The notes beneath the pieces are model-generated. The model was not told the DNA's origin, made no database searches, and saw nothing but the letters and a program-made list of their open reading frames with translations. 64,000 nucleotides of DNA, taken from contig CBDDEL010000015.1 in assembly GCA_965226885.1 (NCBI GenBank), positions 320,001 through 384,000 on the forward strand, given 5' to 3'. This DNA comes from Opitutales bacterium. GTDB lineage: Bacteria; Verrucomicrobiota; Verrucomicrobiia; Opitutales; UBA2987. Within the stretch, counting starts at the first letter, position 1. The number at the start of each line of letters is the position of its first letter. Shown piece after piece: positions 10,239-20,183 of this stretch. The position numbers and the translations under genes are program-made.

Positions 10239-11021
10239 TTATTTAGCCGTGTATCCGGCGTCAACCGGCAAGTTGATACCGGTTATATAGGCGGAGGCAT
10301 CACTGAGTAAAAAGGCGACAGGGCCTCCCAGGTCTTCCGGGTTGGCCATTCTCTCCAACATAGTTTTGTCGCAATAACGTTCAACAAAGTTTGAATCCTG
10401 GTCGGTGTAGCAGCCTCCCGGGGAAAGGCAATTTACCCGAATTCCATCCTTTCCGAGTATCGAGGCAAAGTAACGAGTCAGATTAATCCAACCGCCTTTG
10501 TGGAAAAAATAATCGGGGGGCTGGGTCATGTCTGTCCCCGTGTAGAGAGAAGGTTGTGGTCCAATCATTCCCTGGATGGAGCCTACAATAACGATGCTTC
10601 CCTCTCCATGGGATCGCATACCGTTGGCAATTTTTCGGGTAAGCTCGAAGACCCCGCCCGCATTGATCTGCATGGATTTCATCCAGGCATCCAAAGTATC
10701 ATCCGGGCCATCCATGGTGCGAAGAACCGAGTTGTTTACCAAGCCGTGAATTTGCGGGTGGCTGCGGTCAAGAGCGGCACAAAATTCGTGGATGGAATCG
10801 GGTTGCTCCAGGTCAAGGACGCGGCATTCAGCGAGTCCACCGGATTCCTTGATTTCCGCAGCCAATGTTTCAAGTGAGGGAAGATTCCGGGAAGCGAGCA
10901 CTAGATGGGCGCCGGTTCCAGCCAGCACTTTTGTGATTCCGCGGCCAAATATGCCTGCCGCTCCTGTTACGACGACCACCTTGCCGCTCAAGCTGAATAG
11001 GTTTTGGGATTGAGGTTTCAT
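10239..11021 (-). CDS. SDR family oxidoreductase
   Basis: TGAAGIFG, NNS, YFFHK (YxxxK), RVNCLSPG. Confidence 0.9.
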   Translation of the reverse strand: MKPQSQNLFSLSGKVVVVTGAAGIFGRGITKVLAGTGAHLVLASRNLPSLETLAAEIKESGGLAECRVLDLEQPDSIHEFCAALDRSHPQIHGLVNNSVLRTMDGPDDTLDAWMKSMQINAGGVFELTRKIANGMRSHGEGSIVIVGSIQGMIGPQPSLYTGTDMTQPPDYFFHKGGWINLTRYFASILGKDGIRVNCLSPGGCYTDQDSNFVERYCDKTMLERMANPEDLGGPVAFLLSDASAYITGINLPVDAGYTAK

Positions 11022-11032
11022 TGAGATCCAAT

Positions 11033-12031
11033 TTATTTTTGATTAAGATATTGACGTGTGCCGGTTTTCCAGGATTTCAGGGCGGCTTGTGAAAACCGGG
11101 TGGCCCGGATTCCCTCCTCCAGGGTGGCGAGGCAATCCGGTTTCCCCTCGATGGCATCGAGAAATGCGTTTGCCTGGGCCATGTAGGCCATATCCCTATC
11201 AGGTTGAGGGGCGCTATGCCACCTCCAGGAGGATTCGCCCCGGTTCATCAAGCCCCAACGTTCACGATGAACCTCCACCCGGATCGAACCGTCTTTGCCG
11301 TGAATTAAAAAAGTAAATTCAGAGGTGGCCTGAAACTGTGTCACGGCATAGCTGACGAGGACCTTCCCATTGCGAGCGGTTGCGCTTAAAGTGTCTTCGA
11401 CATCAACTTCCGGCAAGTAGAGATGATCGGCATCCACCGACACCGATTGGGCCGGGCCGACAAACCACCCGACCAGGTTGGAGTAGTGGGTCAAAACATC
11501 CTGGATCAGTCCCCCGCCGGTTTCATGCTTCCGGTAATAAGTTTTTTCATAACCGGGCCGATAGAATGAAAAATCCTGTCCTGAAATTAATTGAATGGCC
11601 AGCGCTTCGCCAATACGGCCATCCTGAACCGCCTTTCGGGCCTCGGCAAAGGCGGTATAGCAATGAAGCACATAGCCGATTCTCACTTCAACCGAAGGCC
11701 ATTTCCCGACGGCCTCGATCAATGGTAAAATGTCCAGATAATTCAGGGCAAGCGGTTTTTCAATGAGAACGGGTTTGCAGTGAGAAACCCCTTCGACCGC
11801 CAAGGGAATATGGGATGGCGCCGGGGTGGCTATGACGCATGAGGTAATGCGTGAGTCCCGCAATGCCGCTACTGGATCCTCGACGGTTTCAATGCCATAC
11901 TTGCGGGCTACGGTGTCGAGAATTGCAGGATTGAGGTCGAAGGCGGTCAATTCAGCCCGGCCGGTATTTTTAAAACACCGGACATGCCGTTCGCCAATGC
12001 TTCCGCAGCCAATTACGAGAACAGAATGCAT
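11033..12031 (-). CDS. Gfo/Idh/MocA oxidoreductase
   Basis: GCGSIG, IEKP, GGGLIQDVLTH. Confidence 0.9.
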   Translation of the reverse strand: MHSVLVIGCGSIGERHVRCFKNTGRAELTAFDLNPAILDTVARKYGIETVEDPVAALRDSRITSCVIATPAPSHIPLAVEGVSHCKPVLIEKPLALNYLDILPLIEAVGKWPSVEVRIGYVLHCYTAFAEARKAVQDGRIGEALAIQLISGQDFSFYRPGYEKTYYRKHETGGGLIQDVLTHYSNLVGWFVGPAQSVSVDADHLYLPEVDVEDTLSATARNGKVLVSYAVTQFQATSEFTFLIHGKDGSIRVEVHRERWGLMNRGESSWRWHSAPQPDRDMAYMAQANAFLDAIEGKPDCLATLEEGIRATRFSQAALKSWKTGTRQYLNQK

Positions 12032-12038
12032 CCTTTAA

Positions 12039-13379
12039 TCAGGTTGACCAGATCTCGGCATGGCGCCGAAAGGCCGTCTCGCTTCGGTCGAGCGTTTCCT
12101 GTATGTCGTCCGCCGTGTGGGCTAGACTAAGGAACCACAAGCCCCGTTCAATTGCCCGAACCCCCTCTTCCAACAAACATCTGCGCAAATGCGCCCACCT
12201 GGGGGCATCATGACGCCGGGTATAATCCCGATAATCCCTGATTTGCGTCGTTTCCCGTTGTCCGGAGTTAAAGATGGTGGTGTGGAAAACAAGGCCCGGC
12301 CCCTGCGGAACCAGCGGTATACTCCACTTGTTGGCCAAATCCGCGAGGCCCGCCATAAGACTTTTGCCGAGGTTTTGGATTTCCCCCGGGTGTTTGTGGC
12401 CGAGAGATTCCAGGTATTGCAAGCACCAGTTGGAGGCCGCCAGGCAAAGGGGATTGGAGTTGAGGGTTCCCGCGTGGATGGTGTTTCCCTGGATTATGGG
12501 CTCGAAAACCTTGGTCTTCCCGGCCAGTGCCGCAAAGGGCGTTCCGCCACCAATGGCTTTGCCGAAAACAGTCAAATCCGGGTCGATACCAAGGACGCTC
12601 TGGGCGCCGCCGGCGCCAAATCGAAATCCGGTAATAGTTTCATCGACAATCATGAGAATGCCATGTTTTTGGCATACTTCGGTTATGGCCGGCATCAATC
12701 CATCGACTGGTTCCAGACAGGAGGTGTTGCAAACGACAGGCTCGAAAATGATGGCTGCAATTTGGTCCGCCACTGGTTCGAGGCGGGCACGAAGGTGGTC
12801 GGGATCGTTCCAGCGAGCGACCACAAACCGGTCCAGGACTTCCTGGATGACGCCCCGGCTGGGGTGAAGGTTGCTCGGGGCATCGTCCGGGCCCCACTCG
12901 TCTGGGGATGGAGCAAAACCGACCAGTCCCTCGTCCAGCCAGCCGTGGTAATGCCCTTCGAATTTAAGGATCCTGGGACGCCCCGTGTACGATCGGGCCA
13001 GCCGTAAAGCCGCCGCTACAGCCTCCGTCGCGCAATTGTTGAAGCGGACTTTTTCGACCGAAGGGACCATCCGGCAAAGGCGTTGGGAAACCTCCAATTC
13101 GAGGTCGCACTGGGCCGCCCAATGGGTGCCTTTGGCGGCTTGCCGACATAGAGCCTCTACCATGCCTTTGGGAGCATGACCATAGAGGATGGCGCCTTGA
13201 CCGATCTGATAATCGATGTATTCGTTGCCATCCACGTCCCAGATACGGGGACCTGTTCCGTGTGTGAAATAAAGAGGGACGGGTTTCTCCATCAACCGGA
13301 TGGCGCTGTTGATACCGCCGGCGATGGTCTTTTGGGAAGTAGCAAATCGTTTCCGGGATTTCTCAAAAGTATATGGCAT
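12039..13379 (-). CDS. Class III PLP aminotransferase (GSA-aminomutase-like)
   Basis: WDVDGNEYID, KFEGHYHG, DETITGFR, FGKAIGGG, HAGT. Confidence 0.9.
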   Translation of the reverse strand: MPYTFEKSRKRFATSQKTIAGGINSAIRLMEKPVPLYFTHGTGPRIWDVDGNEYIDYQIGQGAILYGHAPKGMVEALCRQAAKGTHWAAQCDLELEVSQRLCRMVPSVEKVRFNNCATEAVAAALRLARSYTGRPRILKFEGHYHGWLDEGLVGFAPSPDEWGPDDAPSNLHPSRGVIQEVLDRFVVARWNDPDHLRARLEPVADQIAAIIFEPVVCNTSCLEPVDGLMPAITEVCQKHGILMIVDETITGFRFGAGGAQSVLGIDPDLTVFGKAIGGGTPFAALAGKTKVFEPIIQGNTIHAGTLNSNPLCLAASNWCLQYLESLGHKHPGEIQNLGKSLMAGLADLANKWSIPLVPQGPGLVFHTTIFNSGQRETTQIRDYRDYTRRHDAPRWAHLRRCLLEEGVRAIERGLWFLSLAHTADDIQETLDRSETAFRRHAEIWST

Positions 13380-13784
13380 TTGGTTAATGTAATTTTATTC
13401 GGGAAATAATTCCCTTTGATTCGGCTGATTTACTCCTTTTCGGAATGGAAACTATAAATGGCAAATTCGTAAACAGGCCTGTAAAGGTTAAATCTATTTA
13501 CCACTATCTATAGATTGTCCCGAGGCCCTGATTAGGAGAAAATCAAGGTCGGCATTTAATTATTTCGTTAGTTATATGTTGATTCTTTTTACAAAATAAA
13601 CCAAACAAAATATCAAGATATACCGGCTAGTCCGGCTAGTATTTCAATCACGTTTCTTAATAACCAATGTGATCTGATATTGAAGGTATTTTAAAATAAA
13701 ATCTTAAAGTTCAGGAATGGAGTAACCGTTTGAAGCAGTTGGATATTATTCCCATAATACTTCATATCTTTTTCTCTAAACGCA

Positions 13785-14621
13785 ATGCGAAAATCAAAAG
13801 TTCTCTCTAAACTAAGGGCTGGCAAGGTTGCCCGTATCTGCTGTCTTTATCACCCTGCCAACATGTTCCCCACCCATGCGGTTAATGCTGCTTACGATGG
13901 TGTTTGGCTGGATGTTGAGCATAATACATGGGATTTGAGGGAATTGCAGCGCTTGCTGGCTCTACATAAAATGGCGGATATCGACTGCATTGTTCGCCCA
14001 TCCACATTGGGAAAAATAAAACTTTACAACCTATTTGAAAATGGCGCCACGGGGGTTTTGGTGCCTCATGTTTCCACCGTTGAACGGGCTCGATTTCTGG
14101 TTGAATCCTTAAAGTTTCCCCCCTTGGGCGAGCGTGGATTGGATGGTGCCGGAATTGATAATAATTTTTTTATCTCCGGAACCAATGGTTATCCTGAAGC
14201 CGCCAATAAAGAGACCCTCATCGGGATTCAGATCGAAACGGTGGAAGCCCTGGAAAATGTTGAAGCCATCGCCCAAGTGGAAGGTATCGATGTGTTGTTT
14301 ATCGGCCCCGGAGATCTGGCATTGCGGCTCGGTTGCGAGATGAACTGGCAAGAACCGAAAATGATTGCCGCCCAGGACCGGATCGCCAAAGCCGCCGCCG
14401 CTGCTGGCATAAACTGGGGCAGGCCCTCCGGAACATCCGAAGATATTGCCAACCTGGTCCGAATGGGTGCCCGTTTTATTGCTCACGGGAGCGATTTTGA
14501 GGCCGTCCTCTGGTCCATGAGAAATCGTTATAAGGTTACTTTCGATAAGGCTTTAGGGGAGATGAAAAATGAGGATCCTGCCCATCCGGGAATCTCGGGA
14601 AAAGCCAAGGTTGCGCAATAA
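13785..14621 (+). CDS. HpcH/HpaI aldolase family
   Basis: DVEH, FPPLGERG, QIET, FIGPGDL. Confidence 0.9.
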   Translation: MRKSKVLSKLRAGKVARICCLYHPANMFPTHAVNAAYDGVWLDVEHNTWDLRELQRLLALHKMADIDCIVRPSTLGKIKLYNLFENGATGVLVPHVSTVERARFLVESLKFPPLGERGLDGAGIDNNFFISGTNGYPEAANKETLIGIQIETVEALENVEAIAQVEGIDVLFIGPGDLALRLGCEMNWQEPKMIAAQDRIAKAAAAAGINWGRPSGTSEDIANLVRMGARFIAHGSDFEAVLWSMRNRYKVTFDKALGEMKNEDPAHPGISGKAKVAQ

Positions 14622-14635
14622 CCGGCATTTTAACC

Positions 14636-15403
14636 ATGACCGAGGCCCGAGAGCAGGAGGTTAAACCCCGCAGAATCGCAGTTACGGGTGGCATAACCAA
14701 CATTGGTTGCGCGATTGTGGAGTGTTTCCTGGCCGAGGGCACTTCGGTTGCGGTGGGGCAACACCGCTCCCCGGCCGCTTCACTCATTGAGAAACATGGT
14801 GACCGCCTGAAATCAGTTCACCTCGACCAGGGCAGCCCGGAATCCTGCCAGGAGTTTATCGCCGAAGCTGCCAGACTACTCGGGGGGTTGGACGTCCTGG
14901 TCAACAATGCCGCCGTCACCGGTCCGGGATCATCCCGAGCCTTCATGGACCTGGATACTCAATTTGTGAACCAGGTGATGGATATCAACCTCAAAGGAGT
15001 GATCTTCTGTTCCCTGGCGGCGGCTCGGATTATGCGGGAGCAGGGTTCCGGTGTCATTATTAACATTTCCTCCGTCAATGCCTTCAGGCCGCAATCCAAT
15101 GCCTCCGTATATGCCGCCACTAAGGCTGGACTCAACAACCTTACCCAATCAATGGCCAAGGAGTTGGGGACCTTCGGGATTAGGGTCGTCGCCGTTGCCC
15201 CGGGGGATATCTGGACGGATACTTACGAGCAAGTGATTGCCGAGCAGCGGGCAAGGGGGGCCGACAAAGAAGTAGTCGGACAGGCCGTTCTGGGCCAGGG
15301 ACAACCCGGAGATATAGCGGAAACGGTTTGTTTTCTGGCCTCGGAAAAAGCCAAATACATCACCGGTGTTACCTGGATTGTCGATGGGGGTTTTCTGGCC
15401 TGA
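14636..15403 (+). CDS. SDR family oxidoreductase
   Basis: TGGITNIG, NNAA, YAATK. Confidence 0.9.
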   Translation: MTEAREQEVKPRRIAVTGGITNIGCAIVECFLAEGTSVAVGQHRSPAASLIEKHGDRLKSVHLDQGSPESCQEFIAEAARLLGGLDVLVNNAAVTGPGSSRAFMDLDTQFVNQVMDINLKGVIFCSLAAARIMREQGSGVIINISSVNAFRPQSNASVYAATKAGLNNLTQSMAKELGTFGIRVVAVAPGDIWTDTYEQVIAEQRARGADKEVVGQAVLGQGQPGDIAETVCFLASEKAKYITGVTWIVDGGFLA

Positions 15404-16544
15404 TCAGGATTCGTCGAAGCGGGATATCTGAAATTCCCTTTTCAGGGGTTCTTCATCGAGGACCACGCGGGCATTCCAATCGCCCAATGCGGGCCCCATT
15501 TTGAAGCCATGCCCGGACCCGCCTCCGGCCAGGAAGAACCGGTCTGATTCTGGATGAAAATCGAGAATGAGGTTGCGAACCGGAGTGTTTTCATACTGGC
15601 AGACACCGCTTTCCAGCAGCGGTGCGGAATCGAGGTCCGGAAATCGATGGCCGAGACGGTCTCTCGCCCGGTCAAGGGCCTCCCTGGTTGGCGAGCGGTC
15701 CAGGAAAGTGGGATCCACCTCCGGTCCCAACGAGTTGCAGCTTATTTTCATGCCTCGATATTCATTCCCCGGAATTCCATAAAAGCCCCCGCCGGCTTCA
15801 TCAATCCAGGCCGGCATATCCGTTTCTTCAAATCGTGTGTCATTGCCGGGGCATCCGAAATAGAAGACTTCCTGGCGGGTGGGAACAATCCGGTCTTTCA
15901 GCACCTCGGGAAATAATCCGGGTAACCAGGGACCGGCCGTAAAGACGTAGCGGTCCGCTTCGTAGGATCGACCGCTCTCGGCGACCACTCCCTCCAGGCG
16001 GCCGTTTTTATCCCTGGCGGGACGAATGGATTCCCTGACCATAGTTCCCCCATTCTGTAGAAAAGCCCTTGTCACCAACCGGCAAGAGCGTCGAGCCAGA
16101 AGAAAGCCGGACATAAGTTCATAGTAGGCAATTCGCACATCTCCCCATTCGAATTGCGGAAAACGTTTGGAGCCTTCCTCCGGTGTCACTTTTTCGATTG
16201 GAACGCCTGATTGTAGCAGGGTGGTCAAAGATTTCGTGACAAAGGAGTCGTCTTCCCCGAATAGCCAAAGGACGCCACATCGATTGAGGAGCGGCTGGTG
16301 AAATTCTTCCCCCAGCCGCTCCCATTGCGAAAAACTTTCCTCAGTCCATTGCGTGTAGGTGGCCTGCCCGCCATAAGCGCTCCGCATGATACGTGTTTCA
16401 CCTCCGGAACTGGAACGTGAATTACCCTGGCCCCCAAGGGTCCGCCAAAACCACTCTGGCTTCTTTGCGCGCCAGATGGGGAGCGGTCCAGCAACCCATA
16501 ACCCCGCATCCGGCAACAAGAATGGATGGTCTGCTTTTAGCCAT
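15404..16544 (-). pseudogene. FAD-dependent oxidoreductase (sarcosine oxidase/SolA-like), 1-nt frameshift near 16425
   Basis: N-terminal GCGVMG dinucleotide motif lies in a different frame from SSSGGETRIMR...GSGHGFKMGP. Confidence 0.8.
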
Positions 16545-16552
16545 CTTTTAAA

Positions 16553-17527
16553 TCAGACTTCGACCGGGACGACGGTGGCTAGCGCGTGACCTTGAGTAAC
16601 CGAACGCTTTCTGCTCAAGAGCACCAAGGTGCCACCCTCTTCGGCATGAACAGGGACCCTTGCATCTCCTGAAATCGAATGAACGGTTCCTAACCTATCC
16701 CCTTTCTCAATCACATCGCCCACGGATACTTCGTGAATGAAAATCCCATTTTGAGGACTGGGATAATTGGTTTGCAAGTGGGCCTCCTCGGCATCGTCTG
16801 AAATGTACTTCGCAGGACTATTCAAGGACGGGCACGGCTCCGGTATAAAATCAAAAGTCCTCAGGAAATTATTGACGCCGTTATGATGTGCGCGAAGGTC
16901 TTCGCTGTGCACTCCTCCGCACCCCCTGGATTCGGTATAAATAGCCGGTATGCTCAGGTCGAAGGCGGCGCTCAACGTACGACCTTCAATATAGGGACTC
17001 CCCCAGCACCAATAACTGTCGAAACAGGCCGCCATGCGGGCTTGCGTCTCTTCCACGGCACGATCTTCCGTGCGCATGTAACCCACCCAGGGTTGAAGTT
17101 CATAAACCACGCCTCCACTATGGAAATCGAGGTAGTAATCCGCATATTTCAAAACACCATTCAAGAATAGGTCGGCCAGCTTTTCGCAGGGCGATCCCGT
17201 CGGGTTTCCGGGGAATGTGCGGGCCAGGTTGACACCGTCTTCCGGATGGCAGCGCGTGCCGGCAAAAAAAGCCGGCTCATTGAGCACCGGAATGGCAACG
17301 ACGGTTCCGCGGAGGTTGTCCGGCCGCCAGGTGGTCGCCAGATTTGCCAACGCGGTCGGCCCCTCGTATTCGTCCCCATGAGTGCCCCCGTTCAACAAAG
17401 CCGCCTGACCCGGTTCCCCCTTCCAGATAAAAGCCTCGAAACCGCCATTTTGAGGTCCGATCCGGAGTTGATGAAAGCCTTTTGAAAGGTTTTCCCAGGG
17501 TGCTTTATTTTGCATTTTTTCGATCAT
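16553..17527 (-). CDS. Succinylglutamate desuccinylase/aspartoacylase (M14-like) family
   Basis: HGDEYEG, NLARTFPG, DFHSGG, C-terminal lipoyl-like domain. Confidence 0.88.
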   Translation of the reverse strand: MIEKMQNKAPWENLSKGFHQLRIGPQNGGFEAFIWKGEPGQAALLNGGTHGDEYEGPTALANLATTWRPDNLRGTVVAIPVLNEPAFFAGTRCHPEDGVNLARTFPGNPTGSPCEKLADLFLNGVLKYADYYLDFHSGGVVYELQPWVGYMRTEDRAVEETQARMAACFDSYWCWGSPYIEGRTLSAAFDLSIPAIYTESRGCGGVHSEDLRAHHNGVNNFLRTFDFIPEPCPSLNSPAKYISDDAEEAHLQTNYPSPQNGIFIHEVSVGDVIEKGDRLGTVHSISGDARVPVHAEEGGTLVLLSRKRSVTQGHALATVVPVEV

Positions 17528-17719
17528 AAGCTAACTTTCAAACTCCCACCACCAGACAGGGAGATTCAGAGAGTGAAACTTGGGGTGTTCATAAGTATCT
17601 TGAACTGGAGGGAAATAAATGGCTTTCCCAAGAAGTGCGGTCAATTGTCCAGAACTGGACAGATTTTCTTTCCACCCTAGTGGTATTGTCGAGTTCGAAT
17701 CCATATTCCATCTTCCGGC

Positions 17720-18787
17720 ATGACGCCCATCAAAACTGCTCTTGTCGGTGCTTCTCACCCGCACTCTTCCGCTTATTTAGGAACGCTTCAAGTCAGTTCT
17801 CTAGTGTCCAGCATCGTTGTTTGCGAGGAAGATTCCGTTGCTTTGGAAAAATTGTTGAGAAATGGCACAGAAAAAATTGCAGGGACATGCAACAGCTTTT
17901 CCTCTCTTTTGCAAAGTGGAGATATTTCTTTCGGAATAGCCGCTTTGCCCACAGACTTAAACGCTTTGCTTTGTGAGCGGTTTTTGAAGGCTGGAGTTCA
18001 TGTTTTCAGTGAAAAACCGGTTGCCAAAACGGCCCATCAAATTGAAAAATTAATATCTATTGCCGGGCGGAATGATCGCCAACTTGGGGTAGCTTATTGC
18101 ACTCGTATTCACCCAGCTGCGTTAAAAGCCCGCTGCATGATCCAGGAAAATGTGATTGGCAGGGTTACCAGCATCGAAGCCAGATTTATCACTTCCCAGG
18201 TGCGGCACCGCGATCCAAAACACTGGTTGTTCAGCCGCCAAAGAAGTGGCGGGGGAATTCTCTCATGGCTGGGCTGCCATTATTTGGACCTTATGCGTTT
18301 TGTATTGGAAGACGAAGTGATTAACGTGTCGATGCTGGCTGACACTTTCTATGGTGAGGATATCGATGTGGAGGACGTCGCTTCCTTAACTCTCCAATTC
18401 GGCAAAGGCGCTATCGGCAGCCTGCAATTGGGTTACCAACTCGCCGTCAGCCAAAGTGGATATATCAATGGCAGTTATGACGGCTATTTCTGCATCCGCG
18501 GGGAAGATGGACAGATCAACTGCGACCTATATTCCAACCCACCGGTTATTCAGGCCGAAAGTATTACCAGCGACTGGGGAGAAAGCCACCGGCGGCATTT
18601 TGAATTCGACCTGCAGGAAACGGAAGGTTATGGTGGATCGATTGGTTTATCCACCATAGAACAGTTTATCCGGTCCCTCGACGGGAATGGCGAACCGGTC
18701 GCCACCGGACAGGATGCGCTCAAGGTGGCGCGGATCATCGAGGCGGCCTACGAATCGAACAGGATCAGTTGTAGAGTGTCGTTGTAG
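17720..18787 (+). CDS. Gfo/Idh/MocA oxidoreductase
   Basis: SEKP, SGGGILSWLGCH, DVEDVA, IIEAAYES. Confidence 0.88.
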   Translation: MTPIKTALVGASHPHSSAYLGTLQVSSLVSSIVVCEEDSVALEKLLRNGTEKIAGTCNSFSSLLQSGDISFGIAALPTDLNALLCERFLKAGVHVFSEKPVAKTAHQIEKLISIAGRNDRQLGVAYCTRIHPAALKARCMIQENVIGRVTSIEARFITSQVRHRDPKHWLFSRQRSGGGILSWLGCHYLDLMRFVLEDEVINVSMLADTFYGEDIDVEDVASLTLQFGKGAIGSLQLGYQLAVSQSGYINGSYDGYFCIRGEDGQINCDLYSNPPVIQAESITSDWGESHRRHFEFDLQETEGYGGSIGLSTIEQFIRSLDGNGEPVATGQDALKVARIIEAAYESNRISCRVSL

Positions 18788-18943
18788 ATGATTTATTTCA
18801 GCTTGGAGAGGCACATTTGAAAGTGATTCTCGAACATTCGTTCTTTGCGAATTTAAATCTCAACAAAAGAAAACCACCAGGCCGACGATAGAAATACTCG
18901 GAACCGGTTGGGGTCGTTCAGCGCTATTCAACTTTTCCCCAGG

Positions 18944-18975
18944 CCGGGCTAAAGCCCGGAATAACTCCGTTATTC
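18944..18975. terminator. Tandem hairpins between convergent genes
   Basis: CCGGGCT-AA-AGCCCGG and GAATAAC-TCC-GTTATTC. No clear U-tract. Confidence 0.35.
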
Positions 18976-19010
18976 GCCGTTGATGATGTGTTGACAGGTT
19001 TTCATGATCT

Positions 19011-20069
19011 TTACTCCTTTCCCGCCAATTCTATGGCATCGGCCACAAACTGGTTGACATCGTCTTCCGTTGTGTCCCAGCCGCACATGAGCCGGGTAGC
19101 GCCGACGTCAGGGAAATCATAGAATCGCCAACCTTTGCCTCTGAGGGCCGTATCGAGGCCTTCGGGAAATTGGACAAACACGCAGCTGGCTTCCGTAGGA
19201 AAAAGAATGGTCAGATCGGCCACGGCGCGCAATCCCCCCTCCAGTTGCCGGGCCCGTGCGTTGGCCTGACGAGCGTTATTTAGCCACACATCGTTCTCCA
19301 GGAGCCCGATCCACGGGGCGGAAATCAATCGCATTTTCGACGCGAGTTGACCGGCCTGTTTGCAGCGGTAATCAAACTCGGCGGCAGCTTCAATATCGAA
19401 AAAGACTACCGCTTCTCCGACCGCGAGACCGTTTTTCGTCCCTCCTAAGCATAAGACGTCGATTCCGACCTCCCAGGTGATTTCCCTTGGGTGACATTCC
19501 AGAGCTGCCACCGCATTGGCAAACCGCGCACCGTCCATATGCACTTTGAGATTCATTTCCCTGGCCACCTGGCAGAGTGCTTCCACTTCATTGGGTTGGT
19601 AGATGGTGCCGACTTCCGTTGACTGGGTGAGGCTGAGGGCACTTGCCTTGGGGAAATGAAGTTGGCGGTGATGAGAAGTCGACCCAGCCACTATGTCACA
19701 CTCCAGCTTGCCGTTTCGCCCTTCCAAGCCAATGACTTTGCTTCCCCCGGTAAAGAACTCCGGGGCACCGCATTCGTCCGTTGCCACATGCGCCCATTGG
19801 TGGCAGATCAACGCGTTGTAACTGTTGCAGAAAGTGGACACGCAAAGGGCATTCGAAGCGGTCCCGTTAAAGGTGAAAAAAACCTCACAGTCCGTTTCGA
19901 AAATGTCACGAATCAGATCGGATGCTTTCGCCGTGTAGAAATCGTTCCCGTATGAAACAGCGTGGTCTCTGTTTGCTTTTTCAAGCGCTTCCCACGCTTC
20001 CGGGCAGATACCGGCGAAGTTGTCGCTTCCAAAATGGCGTGGTTTCCCAATGCTTTGATTTGAATTCAT
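19011..20069 (-). CDS. ltaE: Low-specificity L-threonine aldolase
   Basis: FGSDN, FNGTASN, DECGAPEFF, HMDGARFANA, GGTKNG. Confidence 0.9.
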   Translation of the reverse strand: MNSNQSIGKPRHFGSDNFAGICPEAWEALEKANRDHAVSYGNDFYTAKASDLIRDIFETDCEVFFTFNGTASNALCVSTFCNSYNALICHQWAHVATDECGAPEFFTGGSKVIGLEGRNGKLECDIVAGSTSHHRQLHFPKASALSLTQSTEVGTIYQPNEVEALCQVAREMNLKVHMDGARFANAVAALECHPREITWEVGIDVLCLGGTKNGLAVGEAVVFFDIEAAAEFDYRCKQAGQLASKMRLISAPWIGLLENDVWLNNARQANARARQLEGGLRAVADLTILFPTEASCVFVQFPEGLDTALRGKGWRFYDFPDVGATRLMCGWDTTEDDVNQFVADAIELAGKE

Positions 20070-20149
20070 GGCAGAGTTTCAGCCTTAAAATAATTGATTG
20101 CCTCAATTTGAAGCAATCCCTGATTTTGAAATCGGAAAAGATCTATAAA

Positions 20150-20177
20150 TTGACAGTTCAGGCATTGGCGGTAGACT
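20150..20177 (+). promoter_or_regulatory. Sigma70-type promoter, probably leaderless
   Basis: TTGACA-16 nt-TAGACT, ATG 6 nt downstream, no Shine-Dalgarno. Confidence 0.55.
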
Positions 20178-20183
20178 TCTGCC

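Noticed and set aside
12039..13379. Calling this hemL
   Set aside because: Divergent motifs and catabolic context.
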